Shown here piece by piece: positions 52,073 through 64,000 of a stretch of 64,000 bases of DNA. Below the pieces are notes generated by a model that made no database searches, was not told the origin of the DNA, and saw only the letters and a list, made by a program, of their open reading frames with translations. The DNA is from the human T2T-CHM13v2.0 reference genome, Homo sapiens. A program made the position numbers and the translations under genes. The stretch lies in NCBI RefSeq assembly GCF_009914755.1, contig NC_060925.1; one strand, 5' to 3'. Each line of letters starts with the position of its first letter. Within the stretch, counting starts at the first letter, position 1.

Positions 52073-54668
52073 ATGGCAGGACTAGTCCCTTTCTCCACAG
52101 AAGGTAATTAGGCTATATTCCAGGTTAGGTAATTTTGCCCAATTCCTGTGTTCTGGATAACCAGTCATTCATTTATTAATTTACTCAACATGTGAATGAT
52201 TACCATGTGCCAGGCACCATTCCAGGTGCTAGGGATATAACAGTGAGTAAAACAAGGTTCTTGCCCTCATGGAGCTTACATAAATGGGGCAATACATAAA
52301 TAGAACATTTCTACAGCACTTTAAAATGTATAATGTACTTTCTCAAACATCTCAATTAATTTTCACTTTAGTGATGTGAAAATTGTATTTGTGTTATTCC
52401 CATCTCATAGAGGAAGAAGTTCAGACTTGGAGAGGTTAAATTACTTGCCCTAAATCACACAGCTAGTAATTGGTGAGACTAGGACTCAAACCCCAGTTTT
52501 CAACACATGAGACCATGTGTTCTTGAAGCAATCCTCTGTCAGGTGAATGGTCAATCAAAACAGCTAAAACAAGAAGGCATTTTCATTGTGGGGGCTTTTC
52601 TTCATCTGTCTGGGGCTTCCAAGAGGGATGCTGAGGTTTGGAAGAACTCCAGGTATTCTCATAATGGCTAAAAAATAACCTATATCGGTAGACCAGCTGT
52701 TTAAGAATTGTCAGAGGGACCTGTGAAATCCTGGGCCGGGATGATAATTGTTGTTCGATTAGTTTTTTGTTTATTTGCTTGTATTACTGTGTTTGGCTTT
52801 CTAACCCTTGTCTTGGGTACGATGACACTTCTCCAGTGGGGACTATGTGTGTATATATGTGAGGAGGGTCAGGTAAGCAGTCAGGGGGAAGTGAGGAGGG
52901 ACAGGTTGTACAGGCCTCACCTCCGAGGAGCCCTGTTCAGCCACCACTCATTCCTTCCATGAATACCTAGTGAGTTCCTAGTGTACCCTGGGGTACAAGG
53001 ATGGCCAAGGAAAGTCCTATCTGTGTGCTTTGGGGAGGCTGCCCCATCATGCCCACAGGGCAAATGGGCCCCACCATGCCCCTATCCTGTGCATGGCCTC
53101 CCTCTCTGCTCTGCCTCTACAGAAAGATCTATTTCAAGCCACGGGGCTGGTGCTGGCCATGGGCTCCCCTGCCAGAGATGAGTGCTGTTCCCATCTGTAA
53201 ATGACTCCAGCTCCTGGAAAAGCAGCCACAGACAAGTGCTTAGCAGCAAATAGATCACTCCCCACAGAGCCTGTGATTCACAGGGCAGAAAGCCAGCCTC
53301 CTGAGGTGGCGTAGGGAGGCGGCAGCCCTGGGAGGTGCCAGGGAGGTGCTCAGGACTCTGGCCCACACTTAAGGATAGAATTTATCTCTTCCCTTCCCCA
53401 CAGCATAGGGCTGTTCTGCCTTCTACTTTCTCTTTCTTCTTTCTTCTGTTCTCCCACTTTTTTCCCCCTGGGTTGGAGAGAGTTCCTATCCCATCTGCAC
53501 AGGTCACTTCCCCAGAGAGGCTTAAAAACCCTCGGACCAATTAGCTGGAAGCCTGTGGCCAGGGTCTTTTCCCTCTGCTGCAAGCAGACCTGCTGCTCCC
53601 CTCTGGGGAGCTGGCCCAGTCTAGCCCTCCTCACTGCCAGGAGGGCTGGGCAAGATCCTCTTATCACAGCTGTGAGCAGACAACCATGCACAGCAGGAGA
53701 GGGAGGGACAGGGAAGTGGGGAAGATGAGGGAGGGATAGGCGAGAAGGGAAGGGCTTCTGGAAGGTGAGAGAAGGAGGAGCAGCAAGCAGCAGGCAGAGA
53801 AGAGAGGGCAAGTCCAAACAAAGAAGAACACAAACAATAGAAGGGCTGGCTATCAAGAAGATCTTTTCTTTGGGGGCCAATGCCATATTCCAGCATGGGC
53901 AGGAAACCACAACAAGCCTTTCTGAGCCTCACTCTGAGTGTCTAGGCTTGTGGGAGGTGTAGAAGCATGACACGCAGCCTTTGTCCCACAGGGGCTTGCA
54001 ACTGGGCTGAAGGGCTGGTGTGAGTATCACATGTGCAAGTCCAACTAAATGGAAATAAAATGCTTTTGTCTGGGAATAGAAAGTAGGATGATAGTTCTGA
54101 CTGTGTCACTCACAGCAAAGTGAGCCTGGGCCTTTGGTGGATCTCCGGGTGCCTTGGTTTCTCTTTTGTAAAGTGGAGATAATACGGTACGTCCTGCTGA
54201 CCTAATGTGGCTATCAGGACACTCAAAGGAGACTGCAGGTGAAAATGCACTTCAAATTCTAAAACCCCGCGGAGGTGCAGGAAAAAGAGCAACCTAGGGC
54301 TGGATGCTGGCACTGGGGCCACTCAGAAGACAGCCAGAGAGAACAGGAGAGCCAGAGAAGAGCCCTGCAGGCAAGAGCCTCTCAGTTGGGCTGGGAAAAG
54401 TAAACGGTCAGATTTAGAAGGGTAAGGAAAAGGTGAGGGGGTAGAGAGGGAGAGGACAAACACTACAAAAGGGCAGGAAGCAGGAGTATACTTGTTTTAT
54501 TTGTAGGACAATTAAAAAATGAATTTTCTGTTTTTGTTTCATTGCATTTCTCTCTCTCCCCCTTCCCCCTCCCACCCTCATATTTTTAGTTGATTCCTTC
54601 TGCCTAGAACAGGCTCCTATCTTTGTACCCTTCCGGTTGATGAACTTTCATTAATATTTCAGGTTTAA

Positions 54669-55275
<607 letters not shown>

Positions 55276-55799
55276 CCTTCCGCCTGTCCTTGTGGTAGCA
55301 CTTTTGCCCTGCCCCGGATTGGATCAAGTGCAAGACTTTATCCCCCTCACTCCCTGAGGACCGGCACCTGACCGTGCTCTCCCCTCGATCCAGCCCGCAG
55401 CACTGTGCCTGGTGCCCAGCAGGTGCTATAAAAATTGTTGAATAGATTAATTATTGAATGGAGGCATGTCCTGCTGGAGCACAGGAATGCAAAATAAGAA
55501 TGGGATTGAATGGAGAGGGCCTTGAAAGGCAGGCAGATGAAGGAAATCTTAAGAGAGAATGGGAGGGCAGGAGGGCAGAAATCCTAGGCAGGAAAGGAGG
55601 AGGGCCTGGTCAGGGCACCGTCTAAGGAAGAGCCCTTCCTTAAGGCCTTTGAAGGGAGAGGTGACAAGGTTTTATGGCAGAGAGCTGTGGGTTTGCCAGA
55701 GAGTAAGCGACAAAGAGGACCCCAAGTTTCTGGCCTGGAGGCAGGATGCCCTGTGATAGATGTTTTGTCCAGTCATTGCAGCTTAGTAAAGAAATAGTG

Positions 55800-56121
<322 letters not shown>

Positions 56122-56469
56122 TTATTGAGCACCTACTATGTACAGGTACTATGCCAGAACATTTGCATACATCTAATCACTGCTGGTAAGTGGCCCAGAC
56201 AGGATTCAAATCAGATCAGTGTGAGTCCATGGTCCATACACTTTCTCCTGCACCACCTTGCCCATACCTCAGTTCTGGCTGCCCCCTCCTGTTCATCAGT
56301 TTTTATGGATGACACAGTCTAAAAGCTCCCAATTTCTTTAGAATTGGGAACTGCTTATAATCAGGAGAGTAGATATATGTATGAGAGGGGTTGGATGGGT
56401 GGAGTAAAGATGGCATCTGCGTTGACCACCTTAAGTATGGGAACAACTAAGGGATGAAGAGCAGGGCAC

Positions 56470-56800
56470 TCATTCATTCATTCAACAAATACTTACTGAG
56501 CACCTTCTATGTGCCAAGTACTGGCCAACATGTTAAGATACAATAGAGAATAAAACAGTTCCCTGCCCTTGTGGAGTTCACATTCTACAGTAAGGAGGGA
56601 CAGACAATAACCAAAAAGATACAAAATCATGCCAGGAAGGAATAAGCGCTAAGAAGAAGCTGGGTTGGAGTTTGGCTATTTTAGATAGAGTAGTCTGGGA
56701 AGAGATCATTTGAGGAGGTGAAATTTGAACTGAGACCTAGGGAGAAGTTCCAAAGGAACATCCAAGGTGATAGTGTGGGAAGACGGAGAAGCAACAGCAG
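56470..56800 (-). mobile_element. L2 3' fragment
   Basis: tcattcattcattcaacaaatacttactgagcacc...ccctgcccttgtggagttcacattcta. Confidence 0.85.
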
Positions 56801-57847
56801 AGGGTCTAAGAAAAATCATTTAAGAGCAGTCCCTACAGAAAGACAGCAGGGATTTGGTAGGAGAAGAGAATGTTTCAGGGTCCAGGAACAGCATGAAAGC
56901 CAGGAGGCATAAACATCCCCACTGAAGTCATTGATAAAATGCTGCCAAGCTATGGCTGCAATCAGCCAGGGCACATCTGCATCCAAGCCTGGGATGGTGG
57001 AATCTTCTGGGAATGTGGTTTGGTCCATTAACAGGACACAGTTACTGTCAAAAGTCTCTGGGAGTCAGCCTTAGGGGGTCGGGAGTCACATTAGGCAAGA
57101 GCTGCTTTCAGCCTGGACTAGGGAAAGCCACTCCTGCAGCCTCTTAGGAGGTGGCTGCTTGCTGCATGTCTGGGAGTTCTTGCTTTCAAAAGAGTCTTCG
57201 CCCCACTCCCTACCCAACCCTTGCAGGGCAGGGCTGACCTGGAAGCCTCTTCCACACAGGCACACCCTCCTTCTGCCTCACACTCTCCCATGTAGGGTCT
57301 AGGAAAATGAAAAGGAAACCCTGAAGCTGGTGCAGGGGAATTTTGGGGCCTGGGGCAACTTTGACAGAGTGATTCATTTTGTCCCAGCTCATGTGTCACC
57401 ATCTTGCAACAGCACTTGCAGCTTCTGGCAGCTCAATACGGGTAAGAAGTTTCTGGGGCTTGGCTGCCATTTCCCTGCCTTCCTTCTCCCCTCACAACCG
57501 AGGTAGCTGGAAAAAGAGGGAACATCCCTCTTGGCTTCTCCCATTCACACATCTAGAGCAAGGAGGAAGCTCACTCCTTCCCAGAGGGAGATGCCGAAGG
57601 ATGGACTTCCCCAGGTCATGCTTACTGCTAAATATGAGAGAACCCAAAACTCCCATGCTTGCCTCCTTCTTGACATACACAGGCCCAGTGCTTCCCAACC
57701 ACTCCCATTAGGCTTGAAAAGCCAGCAAGGGGAGGGAAAGAGACAAGGGGATGGAGGAGGGTGTCTCTGGTTCCCTCTTCTCAGCTCTTCCTCTTGCAGA
57801 AGACCTTCCCCCAAGCCAATTCTCAATCAGATAAAAAGGAAAATAAT

Positions 57848-58022
57848 ATAAACAACATTTTATTGAGCACTTACTATATTCTGGGCATTATTCTAAATGC
57901 TTTATATGAACAATTTCACTAAATCCTCACAAAATCAGATGAGGTACCATTATCCCCAGTGTACAAGTGAGGGAACCAGAGCAGAGAGAGGAGAACCGAC
58001 CTACTAAATGTCACAAAGCTGG
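57848..58022 (-). mobile_element. MIR SINE
   Basis: aacattttattgagcacttactat...aatcctcacaa...attatccccag...gtcacaaagct. Confidence 0.8.
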
Positions 58023-58069
58023 CATAACTAGATGCTGGACTTCATTAATCTCAGTTTCAGATGAGGCTG

Positions 58070-58680
58070 TACATGAATAGCTACCACATTCTCCAGTGAG
58101 GTGCAAGGCCACCACACAGGATCCCAGCTGTCCACCCACCCGGTCCATCAATGAGGTTGGAGAGAAAAATAAAAAGCTTGTTGGAGATTGGAAGAGGACC
58201 TCTGAAGAGAGTTACTGGTGTGCTGTGAGTGCTTCTCCTTTCAGGTCAAGCCAAGAGTGAGGGGCGTTAAGAAAACCTCTCAGAGAGTTTTATATGGGCT
58301 CTCTGCATTTGGGAGACACAGAAAACCAGTGTTGATTCATGCTCGCATGATCTAAAGGGAAGGCGATGTGTCACAGGCAGCTTGGATGGCTTCACAGGTT
58401 ACTTGCACATTTCCAGGCAAAGTGTTTCTTGTGAACCTGGTTTGGACTACGCCTGGGAAACGGCCTGCCTAGAAGACAAGCGGAGAACCTGCCCAACTGA
58501 GAAGGGAGTTGAGTGCTCACTCAGGGAGAGGGCGTCACATGCATCCAAGGAGCTGTGTAGGCTTCCTCATGATTATGTGGGGCAAAGTTCTCCAAAGAAC
58601 TCTGAAAGTGTCCCTCAAGGGAGAAGGAGCCAGCTTTACATATATTCCAGGCCCAGAGAGCTTGGGAGCAGGTCATGACA
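58070..58680 (-). mobile_element. Possible very old ERV LTR relic (family uncertain)
   Basis: The minus strand begins tgtcatgacctgctcccaagctctctgggcctggaatat, reminiscent of ancient LTR 5' ends. Not verified. Confidence 0.3.
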
Positions 58681-58789
58681 CTGTCACTCAAGTGATAACT
58701 TCCATGCCCTGCTCTCCTCTCCCTGCCTGCCTCAGTTCCAACCCAGGGACGCTTTGGTTAGCAATCTAGGAGAAGGAGGAGGCTCATTG

Positions 58790-59200
58790 AGGGCGTTTTC
58801 CCTCCTGCTCCAGATCACTCTCTACCCTTTCCTAGCCCCAAACCCTGGGAAGCCGACCTCTATGGACATCATCAGCAGGCTCCCTGCCCTCCACAGGGAG
58901 GCACCATGGGCTAACAAGCCAGGATGGGGGGTGGGGGGAAGTGTACTCTCCGCCCTTCCCTGCCAGGTCACTGTGGGTTGCTGTGTCCCGCTCCCAAAGA
59001 TGGAAGGCCCCTCAGATGGCCCATAGAGCTCCCTTCTCTTAGTTCTAGTAACTTCTCCTTCCCCTTGCACCTGCAGACTGTGGAATTTTCTGCTCTCCCA
59101 AACCATGCCAACACCTTTGTAAATAGTCCTTTTATGAACCTCCCCTCAACTGTCCAGTTTTTGTGAGCCATCTGCTTCCTGTTGGGACCCTTAATGACAT
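58790..59200 (+). mobile_element. LTR33-like ERVL LTR
   Basis: cacctttgtaaatagtcctttt...gccatctgcttcctgttgggaccct 3' end; ttctagtaacttctccttccccttg internal motif. Confidence 0.7.
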
Positions 59201-60043
59201 AGAGGAAAGGGACGAGGAGCTAACTGTGCCCGCTACCCCACCCCATTTCCATCTGTGGTAGGCAGAGCCAGGGGATAGGAGACACCCAACTCTTAAGTGA
59301 AGTTTAAAGTTATGATTATTAAACTGAACATACAGAACTGAGACCATTTGTGTCATCTAAAAGTGACCTGAAAAGTCATGGGACTTGACCCAGATTTCAT
59401 CTGGGGTGCAGAATTGCCTCAACCCAATAAACTTGCAGCAACAGTGGGAGCTGAAAGTGAAGTTGCTTTCTGATTATACCAAAGAGTTGTGCTTGTTCCA
59501 TTCTCCCAACTGCCAGAGTGGGATTCTGGCTGGCATCTGCCTCTAGGGCCCATGGTGTCATCACTCTGCTGTACAATTTCTTATCAGGACTAGTCAACGT
59601 AGGAGTGAAAACCTCTTTAACCTCCAATGTCCATTGCAAATGGAGACCTAGACTTCTCCTCCAGCAGCCTTCATTCAGAATTCCGTCTTTCTCCTCTGGG
59701 ACTCTAACCTAAATCCATGATTCGGGGCATTTCCTTTGGTTTCTCTAGGGAGGAAACTGGTCTATGTTTTTGAACCAATGCACTTATATACAATATGATT
59801 TGTGACATAGGTCCTCCTCCTCACTCACTGCTAATGCCCTCAGTTTTGCCTTTTATGTCAACCTAGATGGAGCTGTCTGTCTTATTGTTGTCCTTAGGAT
59901 CCGGCCAAGATTTTCACAAATGATTTGAATACCTTTGAGTTTCCCAACTCCAGGCCTTTCTTTGCACATACTCTTTCCTCTGCCTCTATTTCTCTACTTC
60001 CTTCATCTCCTGTAGTTATCTTTCAAGTCCAACCCTATATCCC

Positions 60044-60351
60044 TGCCCGGAACAGTGGCCTGTAATCTCACCACTTTGGGAGGCCAAGGCACGAGAATCG
60101 CTTAAGCCTAGGAGTTGAAGAGCAGCCTGGGCAACATAGCAAGACCCTGTCTCCAGAAAATAAAAAATTAAAAAATTAGCCAGGTGTGGTGGCACATGCC
60201 TGTATTCCCTGCTACTTAGGAGGCTGGGGCGAGAGGACTGCTAGAGCCCAGGAGGTTGGGGCTGCAGTGAGCCATGACTGCATCATTGCACTCCAGCCTG
60301 GGCAACGGAGCAAGACCCTGTCTCAAACAACAACAACAGCAACAACAAAAA
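60044..60351 (+). mobile_element. AluJ with (CAA)n tail
   Basis: gcaacatagcaagaccctgtctc, gagcccaggagg...gctgcagtgagccatg; tail aaacaacaacaacagcaacaacaaaa. Confidence 0.93.
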
Positions 60352-61199
60352 CCATCTGCTTCAAGAAGCCTCTCATGGTGTCCCTGGGAGGGTAAATCAT
60401 CCCCTCCTCTGTGCTTCTGCTGGATGGGGGGCCACATTTCTGTTTTTGTGTCACGCTGCATTGTAATGATCTGTTTACATGTGCGTCTCCCTCGCTGGGC
60501 CCTCACTAGGCAGTGAACAGCTTGACACAAGGTTCATTAGTGCTTAATGATTTTCATATCTTCAATGTCTGGTATAAGGCCTGACACATGAGGGTCCAAT
60601 AAAGGTTTTTTAGAATAAATTATGAATGACTCAATGAAAGAATGAATTCTTTTAGTTTTTGAATCATATGGATGAAACAGCCAACATTGCGTTCAACACC
60701 CTACATGACCAGCACTGTGCTAGGCACGAAGTGGGGTCACCTTAAGCATGAGGACGCCATTTCTGCCTTCGAGAAACAAACAATCTGGCTGAGGAGGCAG
60801 AGGGAACTAATAAGTAGTAGTTGTAGCGGCAGTAACAGCAACTAGCACTTATGGAGTGCTTGCCACATGCCAGGCACAGTTCCAAGTGGTTACCATGTGA
60901 TAACCGACTCATTTTAATCCTTGTAATCACCCTATGAGGAATGTGTTTTTATTACCTTTAATTTACAGATGAGGAAACTGAAGCTTAAAGTGAGGAAGGG
61001 GCATGCCCAGTCCTAACAAGCATAGGACAGATTGCAGATACTAGAGGAGTTAGGAGAGGAGGGAGTTGATTGTGAGCTGGAGTCCTTGGAGACCGCTTTG
61101 AGGGGAGGCTGCACTTGAGCTGAACTGTGAATCCCCCTCACTCTCACTTTGCCTCCCTGACCCCTGTGCATCTGGAGCCCTGGGGAGACCACTGCATGT

Positions 61200-61510
61200 T
61201 GGATGACTTTGTGAGGGCATCAACGTCATCAGTGCTCCCGCCAGTCGCCTCCCCAGTTCCGGAGCCCGAGGGGGCAAGAGCCCATGGCAGCAGCTGATTA
61301 ATTTCCACTGACAAGAGGTTGCATCTTCGGCAAGCATGGTATTAAATAGCTCCTTTTGATCATAATTAAGTTTCTCTCAGGCTGATGCTATAAATAGCCA
61401 TGCCCTATTGATTGGAGGGTCTGGGCTGTGAGCTCAGCACCCTCCGGGAGCCTCTCCAAGCCGGGCCTGGGCTCTCGAGTCCCACTTTTCTTTTTCTGAT
61501 GTGCGGCATT
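61200..61510. promoter_or_regulatory. Candidate enhancer island
   Basis: MEF2 CTATAAATAG 61388-61397; homeodomain cores TGATTAAT ~61295 and TAATTA ~61363; ATTGG ~61411; several retained CpGs; not a recognisable repeat. Confidence 0.4.
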
Positions 61511-62614
61511 CCTAATTTCAAGGGCAGGTGCAGCTGAACACCAGGCTTGAGTTCAGCTCATTTTCCCAGCCCTCCCCCACTTCCACAGCTCCTTCCAGGG
61601 TTGGCTCAAGAAGTACTTGGCTTCCCCAGAGAAAAGCAGGCGCAGACCTCAAGAAGCTGGAACACCGTCTCTCCTGGGTTGCTTCAGGACCTGAGTCTTT
61701 CCCTCTCTCTGCAAATGAGGACAGTAGCCCTATCCCTCCCTACAGCACCTGGACACCTCCTTATTATACCAGTAGGGAAACTGAGGCCCAGACAAGTGAA
61801 GATCTTGTTTAAAGGTCTCTGGAGAAGAAACTAACTCACAACTAGGGTTGTCCGTGCCTCTTTCTCTTCCTTAACAAAAGTGGAACCAATCTTGTTTTGC
61901 TGTACTCAGCGCTATGTTTAAGACAGAACGAGAAGAAGGGCCTGGGGCCTGCAAGACCCAGGGTCACAATAAGGGGAGGAAAACATCTCAAACAAAACAC
62001 ATTAATTATGATCCCTCTGACCAACACATTTTTATACTGGTGGAAAAGCACCAGGTAGAACACTCTGTCTCCCCTCTAGATGCCTTTCAGAGTCACTTCC
62101 CAGAAAGCCACAAGATTCTTTCTCCAGGAGTGCTTCCCAACTCCCACTAAGGAGGCCCCAACAGCCACTAAGCACACACACAGTGCTGCTACTCAGTCCA
62201 GTCTGTGATTTCTTGGTAACTGGTTCTGTTTCATCCGGCCCCACCCGAGGAACGTGATGGGCCGGGAACAAGGCGGTGTGGCAGAGAGGAAGGGTCTTCC
62301 CTTAAGTTGCCAGGCTTCATATGATCCCACTTCTGCTACCAACAAGGGATGCTTCTGGGAATGCAGCTTAACCTCTATGCCTTAGTTTTCCTCATCTGTC
62401 AAATGAGTAGGTGAAACAAAATGACCTTTAAGGTTCTTTTCTGTTCCAAGTTCCACAATGATATAAGTTTAAAAAAAAAAAGAGAGATATGTGTTCACAT
62501 ATGCCAGGAAGAGAGCATGGAAGAGCCCAGGCTCTGTTTTCATCTTAAAGCACTTGGGCTCCAAAAGGAGGGCATCTGCAGAGGGCTGGACCTGGTGTCA
62601 GGCTCCTGCCCTCT

Positions 62615-62828
62615 ACTCTTTATGGCAAACCATGGCTGTGGGCCAGATCTGTCCCATCTCTTGTTTTTATCAATAAAATTGGAACACAGCCATGCCCCCT
62701 CATTTACCTATTGTCTATGGCTGCTTTTGTGCTACAACAGCAGTGTTGAATAGCTGAGAATATATGACCCACAAAACCCAAAATATCGATTCTCTGTCCC
62801 TTTACAAAATAAGTTTGTTAAACTCTGC
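62615..62828. mobile_element. MER58A hAT MITE
   Basis: ggaacacagccatgccc...tattgtctatggctgctttt...ccctttacaaaataagtttg. Confidence 0.85.
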
Positions 62829-64000
62829 CAGGGCATGTTGGTGGGGTAAAAAGAGGGGGGAAAGCACTCTCCAGTTGAGGTGAAACTTGGGGAGATCCTG
62901 GGCAGAGCTGACTTTCTATTCTCCACTGTCCTGCAACTCAGGGTGTAGCAGGAATCACTAGTACTTTTCCAGGAGACATGGATAATGACCCTGAGCCCTA
63001 GGGACCCTGCCCAGTGACCTAGCAGCCTGGAGACAGGCTGTCCCCAAACCACCTGGCATACATACACACCATGGGGTGGAGTAGGACAGAGAGGTATTTT
63101 CTTTTCATCCTGAGTGTGTGATAATATGGATCCTAATCCAACTCATGTAAAGAGCATCCAACCTGACCAGGCTGTTCTCGTCCCCGCTGGGGTTCCATGG
63201 CTAATCTGCTCCAGAAAAGCTCCCCCAAACCCTGCAGGACCCTGAGCTGCAGCCAAGGTAGGAGAGAGCCTCAGGTCCATTCGCAGTGCTCAGAAGCAGA
63301 GTCATTCCCTGGGAAGAGTAGGAAAAGTTGGTCACTGACAAACAAAGCAGAATGGAGGCCCTGTGAGCTTCACTTAGTTCTCTGATGTATGACCAGAGCA
63401 GAGGTGCTGCTAGGGAACTAGGGAGCAGGAAGCGGCTAGAAACAGGAAAATTAAGTAGAATCGAAATTGGTGAAATAAAACACATCGCCATTTAACCTCC
63501 ACTCTTCGTGCTCCCCATAGCTTCCCAAGTTTCTCCAGGATTGTGCTGCTTCGGCCTTGGATTTCTGGGGATGCTTTTGTTGCTCCCCTTTATTCTACCG
63601 CTCTGGAGCTGGCAGGCCCCCTCTGTCTGGCATCTGTCCTGGCAGACAACACTGCACTATAGCCCTTTGATCTCCACCCCACAGTGTCCAGCATCCACCT
63701 GCAGGGTTGTGGAGGGTTTTCATTGCCTTCTCTTCCTCAACATGAAGCCTGAACTGGGTTCTGAGGGTGGTGGTGGGGGAACAAAATCTCTCGATTAGTT
63801 TTTACACAGAGGCTGCCGGAGGCCATATGCCATGTTCTCCAGCTCTGCCATTATGCATCTTGCTTGTAATTGCTTTAGAATGACACTCATCATGTTCTAT
63901 TTTATCACCCAATGACAGATCCATATAGGAGAAGGGAAACACACTCTCGCACACACACTCACAGAGTCAGCCAGACTGCATAACAGTTAGGCAGAGTAAT

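Noticed and set aside
53350-53932. 186-aa and 103-aa minus-strand ORFs
   Set aside because: Leu/Pro/Ser-rich translations of purine/pyrimidine-biased low-complexity DNA.

Overview
Primate (almost certainly human or great-ape) nuclear DNA, non-coding throughout as far as I can tell: intergenic or deep-intronic, moderately GC-rich and dense in ancient MIR and L2 fragments. I find no credible host protein-coding exon, RNA gene or CRISPR array. The protein-like ORFs are L1 remnants or Alu read-throughs. Well-supported elements: six Alus; a 5'-truncated L1PA with an 18-bp TSD (44115-45561); a 5.6-kb ancient L1 nest holding a Tigger3 transposon, an AluJ and an AluY (16620-22215); a THE1 solo LTR with a perfect 5-bp TSD; and MLT1, LTR33-like, MER5, MER58 and Charlie4 relics. 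Several non-repeat islands look like cis-regulatory modules (CpG-rich patches at ~0.5-1.2 kb and ~9.5-9.9 kb; RFX, ETS, MEF2, octamer/Sox-Oct and homeodomain motifs). The most unusual structures are: (i) a composite templated copy at 4889-5041, made of a 123-bp inverted copy of 7332-7454 fused to a 30-bp direct copy of 7855-7884; (ii) an internal L1 ORF2 fragment flanked by its own direct repeats (51830-52092); (iii) a perfect 16-bp hairpin and a 45-bp tandem duplication near 30.6-31.1 kb. I see no evidence of a new multi-gene biological system. I could not identify the locus. Repeat subfamily names are from recalled consensus sequences, and boundaries of old repeats are approximate.
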